Position numbers and translations under genes: made by a program
Source: a virus
Taxonomy: Duplodnaviria; Heunggongvirae; Uroviricota; Caudoviricetes
DNA: 64,000 nucleotides
Strand: one strand, 5' to 3'
Virus record (IMG/VR): IMGVR_UViG_3300037067_008064
Coordinates: 192,001 to 256,000 of that record
In this document: piece by piece, positions 30,401-37,135 of the stretch
Layout: the number at the start of each line of letters is the position of its first letter
Position numbering within the stretch: position 1 is the stretch's first letter
The notes under the pieces: model-generated
What the model was told of the DNA's origin: nothing
The model's database searches: none
The model's input: the letters and a program-made list of their open reading frames with translations, nothing else

Positions 30401-31388
30401 TACCAGTACAAACATCATAAAAAATTAAATTATAATCACTAACATCAATATAATGACTTGTATCTGATATCTGTAATTGTTTTGCTATTCTTACTAACGA
30501 AGTATCAAATTCTCCATAAATTAATGGAGAGTAATTTTGTCCTATAAATAATTTATTATTTATATAAGTTGATATATCATTAAGAGCATTATAACCAATA
30601 ATAATATTATCATTTCCTATAGAAGCATTTCTTAAATTAAATGTTCCAATACCTATATTCCTTTGCCCATAACTTCCATCAATACCATTTCCATCTAAAG
30701 TAGTTGCTGCAAAAGAACCAATTATAACATTACCACCTGCATTTTTAATTTTATTACCAATCCAATCCCCAATTAAAACATTATAAGATGGATTAATATT
30801 AAGTGAATATCCAAAATTATCTATACCTTGTCCTGTATTAGAACCCAAAAAGAAATTTGAATGGGCAAATTGAAGATATTGACCAGCATTAAAACCAATA
30901 ACATTATTAAATCTGTTATAAATATTTACTGATAAATCTTCTAATACAAATGGTCCTAACCCAATATTACCTAAAACATCAGAACTTTTATCAACAAAAA
31001 AATTACCTAAAGTATTTTCACCTATTGCTATAGATTGAGAATGAGGGTCATATTCAATTAATTTAGCACCATGACTATAATATCCAACAGAAACATTTAA
31101 ATTTTGTATAATATTAACAAATCCAGAATTAGTGTTATATAAATCATTTCCTATTTTATTCCAATAATTTAAAACACTTCCTATACTAACTTCCCACATA
31201 CTTGAATTTGGGTTAAAATAAAACCCAACGCCAAGTGAAGCACTTGGTATATAATAAGCAAAATGTTGAATTACAGCATGTGATGTAGGAATATATTCAC
31301 TTGAATCTACTAAAATATTATCTATATCTATAACAACAAGTGATTCATTAATACCTACGCCATGATGTATTTTAAGATTATTATTCAC
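24426..31388 (-). CDS. Giant Gly-Thr-Ser repeat virion fibre protein (2320 aa)
   Basis: GTG start. NxxIG beta-roll repeats near the N-terminus, four long GTS/STG/ASA triplet tracts, and two copies of a T4 gp34-N-terminal-like module (ILTDVSSNSLNILLP..P.NG.IIEVID). Confidence 0.8.
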   Translation of the reverse strand: MNNNLKIHHGVGINESLVVIDIDNILVDSSEYIPTSHAVIQHFAYYIPSASLGVGFYFNPNSSMWEVSIGSVLNYWNKIGNDLYNTNSGFVNIIQNLNVSVGYYSHGAKLIEYDPHSQSIAIGENTLGNFFVDKSSDVLGNIGLGPFVLEDLSVNIYNRFNNVIGFNAGQYLQFAHSNFFLGSNTGQGIDNFGYSLNINPSYNVLIGDWIGNKIKNAGGNVIIGSFAATTLDGNGIDGSYGQRNIGIGTFNLRNASIGNDNIIIGYNALNDISTYINNKLFIGQNYSPLIYGEFDTSLVRIAKQLQISDTSHYIDVSDYNLIFYDVCTGIKTLWELSQSGTGMDYVYVDGSLGYFVRSASMGNGFIFNNITTQWDVSVGSALTGSSGTSGITINGTNGTSGTSSTGGTSGTSSTGGTSGTSSTGGTSGTSGSAGTSGTSASAGTSGTSSTGGTSGTSGSAGTSGTSASAGTSGTSSTGGTSGTSSTGGTSGTSSTGGTSGTSASAGTSGTSSTGGTSGTSSTGGTSGSTGTSGTSSTGGTSGTSGSTGTSGTSSTGGTSGTSGTSSTGGTSGSTGTSGTSSTGGTSGTSGTSSTGGTSGTSSTGGTSGTSASAGTSGTSASAGTSGTSSTGGTSGTSSTGGTSGTSASAGTSGTAGGVGSSGTSSTGGTSGTSASAGTSGTSSTGGTSGTSSTGGTSGTKGSSGTSGTSASAGTSGTSASAGTSGTSASAGTSGTSASAGTSGTSASAGTSGTSASAGTSGTSSTGGTSGTKGSSGTSGTSASAGTSGTSASAGTSGTSSTGGTSGTSGINGISFGRRWQRGVGIVNGTVVVTPGATTDPTLITTFDFANIDYDGTDLSAWLLSFQIGSTLYFESYSDPGTFGIYIISGVINNGTDVSINLINIDGAGIFVVGEIGVFSKYNSGTSGTSSTGGTSGTSASAGTSGTSASAGTSGTSSTGGTSGTSASAGTSGTSSTGGTSGTSASAGTSGTSSTGGTSGTKGSSGTSGTSASAGTSGTSSTGGTSGTAGGVGSSGTSSTGGTSGTSSTGGTSGTSASAGTSGTSSTGGTSGTSASAGTSGTAGGVGSSGTSSTGGTSGTSASAGTSGTSSTGGTSGTKGSSGTSGTSSTGGTSGTSASAGTSGTSSTGGTSGTKGSSGTSGTSASAGTSGTAGNTGSSGTSGGGSGSGLTVIETDVSYNANVNELILTDVSSNSLNILLPLNPSNGHIIEVIDINRNSSINNINILSNGHKIQGAIQNFIVDVNGGSVQLIYHTEEDSFEVLNKETLSDITGTSGTAGYGVSGAAGSYWEASDSSSGPGLIYLDYNTFTNIANIEISKKDFYGTNLGIWLQGTIEGGGGSQIGITKIGSNIEFGIYFESFGTLYDLGYAYGFGVLCFGGLGTWTNGDLLYFSTSLVGAQGTSGTSGVGTSGTSASAGTSGNDGSSGTSGTSGGIGSSGTSGTSASSGTSGGVGSSGTSGTSASSGTSGGVGSSGTSASSGTAGTSSTGGTSGTSGGVGSSGTSASSGTSGGVGSSGTSASSGTAGTSGTSASSGTAGTSSTGGTSGTRGSSGTAGTSGGVGSSGTAGTSSTGGTSGTSGGVGSSGTSASSGTSGTSGGVGSSGTSASSGTGGTSGTSSTGGTSGTSGGVGSSGTAGTSGTSGGVGSSGTAGTSGTSGGVGSSGTSASSGTGGTSGTRGSSGTAGTSGGVGSSGTSGGAGGGLIIIETDVSYNANSGELILTDVSSNSLNILLPTSPANGHIIEVIDINRNSSINNINILSNGHKIQGAIQNFIVDVNGGSVQLIYHTEEDSFEVLNKETLSDITGTSGTAGYGVSGASGSYWMAEDSIMASGKIILDTSTFADVTTIDINYTNVNNVNLSTWLFLTVGGLINGGCQLQITKKNSDNNFGIYYVEGLMDHSTYCSISNLSVLGGNGTWVNGDILYFSLSINGADGINGTSGTSGVGTSGTSGLASTSGTSGETGGSGSSGTAGTRGSSGTRGSSGTSGNDGADGSSGTSGTSASAGTSGNDGSSGTAGTKGSSGTTGSSGTTGVSATAGTSGTAGGTGSSGTSGTGTSGTSGIGTSGTSGSGTSGTAGDTGSSGTSGAGTSGTSGKSGGSGSSGTAGTRGSSGTRGSSGTRGSSGTRGSSGTRGSSGTSGDDGSSGTSGDDGSSGTAGTSASSGTAGTRGSSGTAGTSGVAGYVTIPHTWTIPETPVNNDILPAMVMYQPVDGSAVITGISSMNQVGGLVDFVIEQRTASSWSTIISCAGVGTDVSTKTSLNIGINSGDQLRLRITKVTTGPPDPSDFNASIYVRYKTYAI
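24796..25520. repeat. 9-bp-unit coding repeat tract (GTS/GSS/GTR triplets)
   Basis: GTTCCTGAA-type units, including 18-bp tandem GTTCCTGAAGAACCTCT(G/A). Boundaries are approximate. Confidence 0.9.
25911..27716. repeat. Identical 207-bp direct repeat (25911-26117 and 27510-27716) inside a longer duplicated module
   Basis: Compared by eye: identical from TGTACCTGTGATATCAC to CAATAATATGTCCATT at an offset of 1599 bp. Confidence 0.85.
26235..27130. repeat. 9-bp-unit coding repeat tract (GTS/GGV/GSS/ASS)
   Basis: Tandem GTTCCTGA(A/T) units. Boundaries are approximate. Confidence 0.9.
27830..28623. repeat. 9/27-bp-unit coding repeat tract (GTSGTSSTG / GTSGTSASA)
   Basis: Tandem units visible directly. 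Boundaries are approximate. Confidence 0.9.
28962..30240. repeat. Longest 9/27-bp-unit coding repeat tract (GTSGTSSTG / GTSGTSASA)
   Basis: About 1.3 kb of tandem units. Boundaries are approximate. Confidence 0.9.
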
Positions 31389-31406
31389 GGACAGTTATTA
31401 ATTATT

Positions 31407-34400
31407 TTATATTTGCATTTTAATTAATTTAATATTCCAATTACTTACTCCACTAATAGTTGCTCTTATAACTACATTTCCTGCAGATACAACAGCACTT
31501 AATACTACATCACTTGTAGAACCAATACTACTTGTACTAGTTTCTGAATATACAATATTACCAATACCTGCAGCAGATTTATTTGCAGTTATAAAAGTAC
31601 CTGCTCTTAAATTATTTTTAGCAGTATCATTAATAACATATACATATAAACAATAATTATAATCTGCAATTGCATATGAATCTAAATCATGAGTTCCTGG
31701 TACTAAGGTACCTAGAGTATCTATTCTATACGTAGGAACTTCTTCTTCCCATTTATTTGTTGAATCATTAAATGTTAATCCAGCACCCATAGATGCATTA
31801 TTAACATAATTTTCTTGAACATAATTAAAGCTAGTTTTATTAGCATTTAAATATGAAATTGAAGTATCTCTTGCTGATAATGAACCATCAATATAAGCAC
31901 GTAAATCTAATGGAGTACCTCTATATGCTCTTATCATTCCAGTGTTTTCATCCCATACAACCGTATGTGTTGCAGTAAGTTCAGGCATTTGAGTAGCTCT
32001 CATATTACCATGTACATCTAAAGTAGCTCTTATTACTCTAGCATCTGTATAATTAGGTAAATAGTCTCCTATACCTACACTACCATTTATTATAAATTTA
32101 TTATTATCAAATTCACCGTATAATAATGGTTTATCTGTACTTGAATTAGCAACAATAAACCTATCACTTTCTTTATAAAACGCAACATCTGCATTACCAA
32201 CGTTATGACCAACTGCAACATTTCTTTGCCCGACTGTATTAAAGTTTAATCCATTATTTCCAATAACAATATTACTACTTAAAACTTCTGCTGGCTGTCT
32301 AGATAATCCATTATTATTTAATACATTATATCCAATTACAATATTATTATCTACTTGATTTGCATTCTGTAATGAATAAGTTCCTATTGCAATATTATTA
32401 GATGAGTCACCAGCATTTTCCATACTATATGAACCAATAATAATATTTCCATCATTAATGATTCCTTTACCAGCATATCTTCCTATTGCTATATTATACC
32501 AACCAATAGAAGTATCTCCTAATGCACCCGCTCCTATTGCTATATTATACCACCCAACAGAAATATCACTTAATGCACCAACTCCTAAAGCAATATTAGC
32601 TGAAACAAAAGCATCTACACCTAATGTAAAATTATTATTACCAATACCAATATTAAGATGCTCATCTAAAAGATAAAGTGTTTTATTTTCTAACCATTTA
32701 AGATTAGCATCACCACCAAAAACACCAGCATTATTCCATTGTATTGATCTTGATGGAGCTGCGGGTGAACCACCAACTACACTCACATCAATAACTAATA
32801 AACCGCTATCCCAACTAAATTGAGCTCCAAGACAAACATCTTTTATAAATGTTGTGCTTACATCAAATATAGGACCATTCCAATATAATGTTGTACCTAA
32901 AGATGCACTTCTTATAAATTTTCCTAATGAACCATCTACATAAGTATAAGATGTTTTAGTATTTAAAGAAGCATTAATATATGAATATACGCTTGAATAA
33001 TCAACATACCATTGTTTAGATGTTATATCAAATAATAAACCTGTTCCCAATGAAACACATTTAACATATTGCCCTAAAGATGTATCAACATATAATTGAC
33101 TTACACCAGATGAAGACCCGCCGCTTACATCCCATTGTTTTGTTGAATTATTAAAATTAAGACCAGAACCCATAGATGCAGAACGAACAAAATTCTTTGC
33201 AGCAATTTCTAGTGTATAATTATATAAATTAGTTGAAACATTTGATGCATAGGAATACCAATTAGTTGATACATTTAATATCATTGTATAAAGTGATGCA
33301 TCAGCATGTTGTAAATTAATTATGTATTGATATAAATCCGCAGTACTAGAATCTATTAGATTAATAGAAACATCTAATTGTAAATAATCTCCGGTATCAT
33401 TTATAATAATACCATTTCCTTCAACTAATTGTTTAAATTTTAATGTTGTTACATTATTATTAATGGCTGTACTTGAATAAATTCCATAACCTTGTGAACC
33501 TAAATTTTCACCAGTTACATTACCAGTTCCATAATTATTGAAAGTATTTAGTATGGATAAATATTGAGTATATATATCTGTATATTGATTAGATATATCA
33601 TTAATGATACCTGTTTGAGCATTTAAAATTTCTACTGATTTGTGTAATTCCCAGAATATATTTGAAAAATCATCCAACTGTGCTGAAGTAGCCATGTCAA
33701 CAATAACAGCAGCTGTATCATCAATCATATTATCTGATTTAATATTTATTCTTAAGTTATATGAATTTCCAAATCCATAAGAAGTACTTTGAATTTTTTC
33801 TAAAGAAGGAATAGTAATAATTTCCCCTGTTGAAACAGGAGCATCTAAAAATAATATACCTAGTAAATTTACTGCTAATGGAGTTGTAGTTGTATCTAAG
33901 TTTCCTGTTTTATTATAAATATCATAGTAAACAAGTACTGCATTAAAATTAAAATTATCATTTAGTGAATATGTTATAGCCATATCATCATATGATAATT
34001 CTGTTATACTTCCATAAAGATTATTATAAGCATTAGTTAAATCATTAATGTTATTAACAACTGATAAACAATCTATTTTTGAACGTAAAAATTCTACAGT
34101 GGGTGTGCCATCATATTTTAATTTAGTATTATAATCTCCAACAATATAATTAGATGAATCTATTATATAAGCATTATTTCCGGGATTAATAATTCCTTCA
34201 TCAGTAAACCACCAACCAGGTTGTAATGCACTTGAATCATCATAATAATATAAATCATAACTTCCACCATATACACTAATGGAAGTACTTGAATCTAAAA
34301 TATCATAATATGCATTTAAACTTAATCCATCGGGTTGTGGTTTAACATAAGATTCTCTTCCTAATATACTTGCAGCACCATTAGAAATAATTTTTGAAAA

Positions 34401-35021
34401 ATAATAATTATCATCTGATACGTGTTCCCAAAATACATTGGTTTGACCGTGTGAAGTTGGAACTTGTAAATAAGTTTCATTAAAAGTTCCAAAGGTATCT
34501 GTTCTTAAATTTCCGGTGGTTGATAAACCAACGTATTTAACAACCTTTTGATAACCATTAACTTCGGGTTCTTCTATCCAATAATTAGTAGAATTATCAA
34601 ACGTCCATCTTATTGCACCACTTTCTTTTAACCATTTCCAAAATACTCTTTCTGAAACAGTTTTTAATAATGCAGGATTATAACTTGTTTGGTTTAATAA
34701 ATTAGCTTCAAAGTTAAGAGCATAATTTTGAAAACTTTCGGCAATTAATACTCTTCCGTCTTTAATATTGGGGGCATTTTGCTCATATTTAAAAGCACCT
34801 AATATATCTATAATATTAAATCTGTTTGTGTTTACTGATACATCATTTGGATCTAAATAAACAGATGGGATATCTAATAAAGCAAAATGTCTTATTGCAA
34901 CATCATTTTTTCTTTCTGAAATATTTATTCCAATGTCTTCTACTGCACTAGAAAAAGTATAAAATGTTCCTCCATTTACTCTTAATCTTTTTACAAACGG
35001 TGTTATTCTATTATTACTCAT
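31407..35021 (-). CDS. Putative tail fibre or fibre-attachment protein
   Basis: 1204 aa: globular N-terminal domain, coiled coils, SASxGxGLxF...W repeats and NIAIG..AL beta-roll repeats. Confidence 0.65.
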   Translation of the reverse strand: MSNNRITPFVKRLRVNGGTFYTFSSAVEDIGINISERKNDVAIRHFALLDIPSVYLDPNDVSVNTNRFNIIDILGAFKYEQNAPNIKDGRVLIAESFQNYALNFEANLLNQTSYNPALLKTVSERVFWKWLKESGAIRWTFDNSTNYWIEEPEVNGYQKVVKYVGLSTTGNLRTDTFGTFNETYLQVPTSHGQTNVFWEHVSDDNYYFSKIISNGAASILGRESYVKPQPDGLSLNAYYDILDSSTSISVYGGSYDLYYYDDSSALQPGWWFTDEGIINPGNNAYIIDSSNYIVGDYNTKLKYDGTPTVEFLRSKIDCLSVVNNINDLTNAYNNLYGSITELSYDDMAITYSLNDNFNFNAVLVYYDIYNKTGNLDTTTTPLAVNLLGILFLDAPVSTGEIITIPSLEKIQSTSYGFGNSYNLRINIKSDNMIDDTAAVIVDMATSAQLDDFSNIFWELHKSVEILNAQTGIINDISNQYTDIYTQYLSILNTFNNYGTGNVTGENLGSQGYGIYSSTAINNNVTTLKFKQLVEGNGIIINDTGDYLQLDVSINLIDSSTADLYQYIINLQHADASLYTMILNVSTNWYSYASNVSTNLYNYTLEIAAKNFVRSASMGSGLNFNNSTKQWDVSGGSSSGVSQLYVDTSLGQYVKCVSLGTGLLFDITSKQWYVDYSSVYSYINASLNTKTSYTYVDGSLGKFIRSASLGTTLYWNGPIFDVSTTFIKDVCLGAQFSWDSGLLVIDVSVVGGSPAAPSRSIQWNNAGVFGGDANLKWLENKTLYLLDEHLNIGIGNNNFTLGVDAFVSANIALGVGALSDISVGWYNIAIGAGALGDTSIGWYNIAIGRYAGKGIINDGNIIIGSYSMENAGDSSNNIAIGTYSLQNANQVDNNIVIGYNVLNNNGLSRQPAEVLSSNIVIGNNGLNFNTVGQRNVAVGHNVGNADVAFYKESDRFIVANSSTDKPLLYGEFDNNKFIINGSVGIGDYLPNYTDARVIRATLDVHGNMRATQMPELTATHTVVWDENTGMIRAYRGTPLDLRAYIDGSLSARDTSISYLNANKTSFNYVQENYVNNASMGAGLTFNDSTNKWEEEVPTYRIDTLGTLVPGTHDLDSYAIADYNYCLYVYVINDTAKNNLRAGTFITANKSAAGIGNIVYSETSTSSIGSTSDVVLSAVVSAGNVVIRATISGVSNWNIKLIKMQI

Positions 35022-35037
35022 TATTGTTTATATTTTT

Positions 35038-35727
35038 TTAAAAATTATTAATTATTCCAGTCCAAATTTTATAATCATAAACTTTCCAAACAGAGTTTGA
35101 TGCAGATGCATCTGCATATGTACAAATGAAACTCACCGATATTGTTGAAGAATCGGTTACTGTTTGAATACTAAATGTATTATCACATGGGTCTAGTCTT
35201 ATATAAAATGGATCTCCTAAAGTCCCATATGATGTATCAAAAATAAATGATACAATTTCTGCTAAAGTATTTGTATTTAATGCAATGGATGCATCGTTTC
35301 TTATTTTATAATATGAAGTTGAAACATCAATATATTTCCAATTAGTTGGTTCCCATGGATTACTAGCATCTCTTGGTTTAAAAGGAGCTCCATTATATGC
35401 ATTAACATATGCTAAATCAGATGTTATAACCGTATTTATTTGTGTTGTTCCAAGAATTATTAAATCTCCTTGAACAGTTAAATTTCCTGAATTTCCGCCT
35501 GCTTTTGATATTGTAGCTTGTCCTGTAATTAAATTACCAAGTGTTCCTGAACTTGCTTTAACAGAGCCTGTAGTATTTACTGGTACTTTAATATATCCTT
35601 GGTTTCCAAATGAAGGGTCATAAAAAGTATGAATATAATCTTTAATTGCAGAATAATTATAATTAAGCATATTTGGGTATTCTCCAAAGAACGTATCCAA
35701 ATAGAATGGTTTTAAATCTAGACTCAT
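35038..35727 (-). CDS. Putative virion structural protein (start revised to the ATG at 35727, MSLDLKPF)
   Basis: The promoter motif GAATATATAATAAA at 35738-35751 lies inside the longer ORF call, favouring the downstream ATG. Very D-x-S rich. Confidence 0.6.
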   Translation of the reverse strand: MSLDLKPFYLDTFFGEYPNMLNYNYSAIKDYIHTFYDPSFGNQGYIKVPVNTTGSVKASSGTLGNLITGQATISKAGGNSGNLTVQGDLIILGTTQINTVITSDLAYVNAYNGAPFKPRDASNPWEPTNWKYIDVSTSYYKIRNDASIALNTNTLAEIVSFIFDTSYGTLGDPFYIRLDPCDNTFSIQTVTDSSTISVSFICTYADASASNSVWKVYDYKIWTGIINNF

Positions 35728-35737
35728 AATAATCTTT

Positions 35738-35751
35738 TTTATTATATATTC
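35738..35751 (-). promoter_or_regulatory. Putative late-type promoter heading the fibre operon
   Basis: GAATATATAATAAA about 10 nt upstream of the ATG. Confidence 0.6.
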
Positions 35752-35772
35752 AAACAAAAAATTTATCTGCAA

Positions 35773-35820
35773 TTTACACCAACTATTAATAATTAAAATT
35801 TTTATAAGAATATATAAATA
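35773..35820 (+). promoter_or_regulatory. Putative tnpB promoter TTTACACCAACT-N25-ATATATAA
   Basis: The same two elements with identical spacing recur at 37057-37101. Confidence 0.5.
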
Positions 35821-35833
35821 TATAATATAAAAA

Positions 35834-37036
35834 TTGAAAACTTTAAAACAACATATTAGAAAACTTTCTCAAGAACAATTTGATGAATTAAACTATTTAA
35901 CTCATGAATCAAATAAACTTTACAATTGTGCTCTTTGGATAGTTAAAGAATATTTTAAAGAAACTAATAAATATATTGGATATAATAAATTGTATCATGA
36001 AATTAAAAATAATATTCATTATCAAAATTCTAATTCTATATGTGCACAGCAAATAATTCGTTTAGTAGATAAAGATTTTAGATCTTTTTTTGCTCTTTTA
36101 AAAAGAAAAAATAAAGGAAATTATATAACAACAATTAATACTCCAAAATTTAAAAAGAAAAATTCACAATTTATATTATCTTTTACAGGACAATCAATCA
36201 GTTTTAAAAACAATATATTAAGAATAACTAAAAAAATCAAAATTCCATTTTCTTATAATTTAAATGGAACAATTAAACAAGTTATTATAAAACCAACTAA
36301 AAATAATTATTATGTAATATGCATACAATATGAAGAAAATAAAAAAGAAAATTTAAATCTATCTAAAGATAATATTTTAGGAATAGATTTAGGATTAAAT
36401 AATTTAGTTTCTTGTTTATCTAATATTGGGACCTCATTTATAGTGAGTGGCAAACCATTAAAATCATATAACCAATATTGGAATAAAAGAAAATCACTTA
36501 TTCAATCAGAACTTCAATTAAAGAATAAAAAGAAACATTCTAATTTATTATCACAACTTTCTATAAATAGAAATAATTATATTGACAATTATTTAAATCA
36601 AACTATTGCTTTAATTATAAAACAGTGTAAAGAAAATAATATAGGAAAAGTAATTTGTGGATATAATGAAACATGGAAGAAAGAGATTAATTTAGGAAAA
36701 GTTAATAATCAAAGTTTTACTAATATTCCACATCAGTTGTTTAAACAAAAACTAGAAAATAAGTGTAAAGAATGGAATATAGATTTTATTTTAACTAATG
36801 AAAGTTACACTAGTAAATGCTCATTTTTAGATAATGAAAAAATAAATAAACATGAAATTTATTTAGGACAAAGAATTAAACGAGGTTTATTTAAAACTTC
36901 AAAAAATATTTTATGTAATGCTGATATTCAAGCAGCAGGAAACATAATAAGAAAAGTAGTTCCAAATGCAAAATTTGTTGATGGAATAGAGGGTGTTACA
37001 ATTCATCCTAAAGTGTTAAATTTATTTAACCTTTAA
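35834..37036 (+). CDS. tnpB: TnpB RNA-guided endonuclease (IS200/IS605/IS607-associated); no TnpA in the window
   Basis: LYN N-terminal motif, RuvC-I ILGIDLGLNNL, GYNETWK...NNQSF..IP, NESYTSKCSFLD, RIKRGLF, RuvC-III NADIQAAGNI. Confidence 0.92.
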   Translation: MKTLKQHIRKLSQEQFDELNYLTHESNKLYNCALWIVKEYFKETNKYIGYNKLYHEIKNNIHYQNSNSICAQQIIRLVDKDFRSFFALLKRKNKGNYITTINTPKFKKKNSQFILSFTGQSISFKNNILRITKKIKIPFSYNLNGTIKQVIIKPTKNNYYVICIQYEENKKENLNLSKDNILGIDLGLNNLVSCLSNIGTSFIVSGKPLKSYNQYWNKRKSLIQSELQLKNKKKHSNLLSQLSINRNNYIDNYLNQTIALIIKQCKENNIGKVICGYNETWKKEINLGKVNNQSFTNIPHQLFKQKLENKCKEWNIDFILTNESYTSKCSFLDNEKINKHEIYLGQRIKRGLFKTSKNILCNADIQAAGNIIRKVVPNAKFVDGIEGVTIHPKVLNLFNL

Positions 37037-37070
37037 AAATCAATTGTATCTTCATTTTTACAACAACTGA
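36900..37070 (+). ncRNA. Probable omegaRNA region of TnpB (boundaries uncertain)
   Basis: TnpB omegaRNAs typically overlap the gene's 3' end. A locally GC-richer stem AGGGTG...CATCCT is present near 36990-37009. Confidence 0.35.
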
Positions 37071-37101
37071 CCAAGTTTATTTTTTGGGATTAGATATATA
37101 A
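37057..37101 (+). promoter_or_regulatory. Putative promoter of the S1 gene, TTTACAACAACT-N25-ATATATAA
   Basis: Matches 35773-35817 in both elements and spacing. Confidence 0.5.
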
Positions 37102-37135
37102 TTTATAATTTATAAACCCTCTAAATAAAATAATT

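Noticed and set aside
24426-31388. Collagen or ice-nucleation protein
   Set aside because: Gly periodicity is regularly broken and Pro is absent. AGYG occurs only twice and the 16-residue ice-nucleation repeat is missing.
35834-37036. Cas12f/Cas14 effector
   Set aside because: There is no adjacent repeat-spacer array, and the motifs fit ordinary TnpB.
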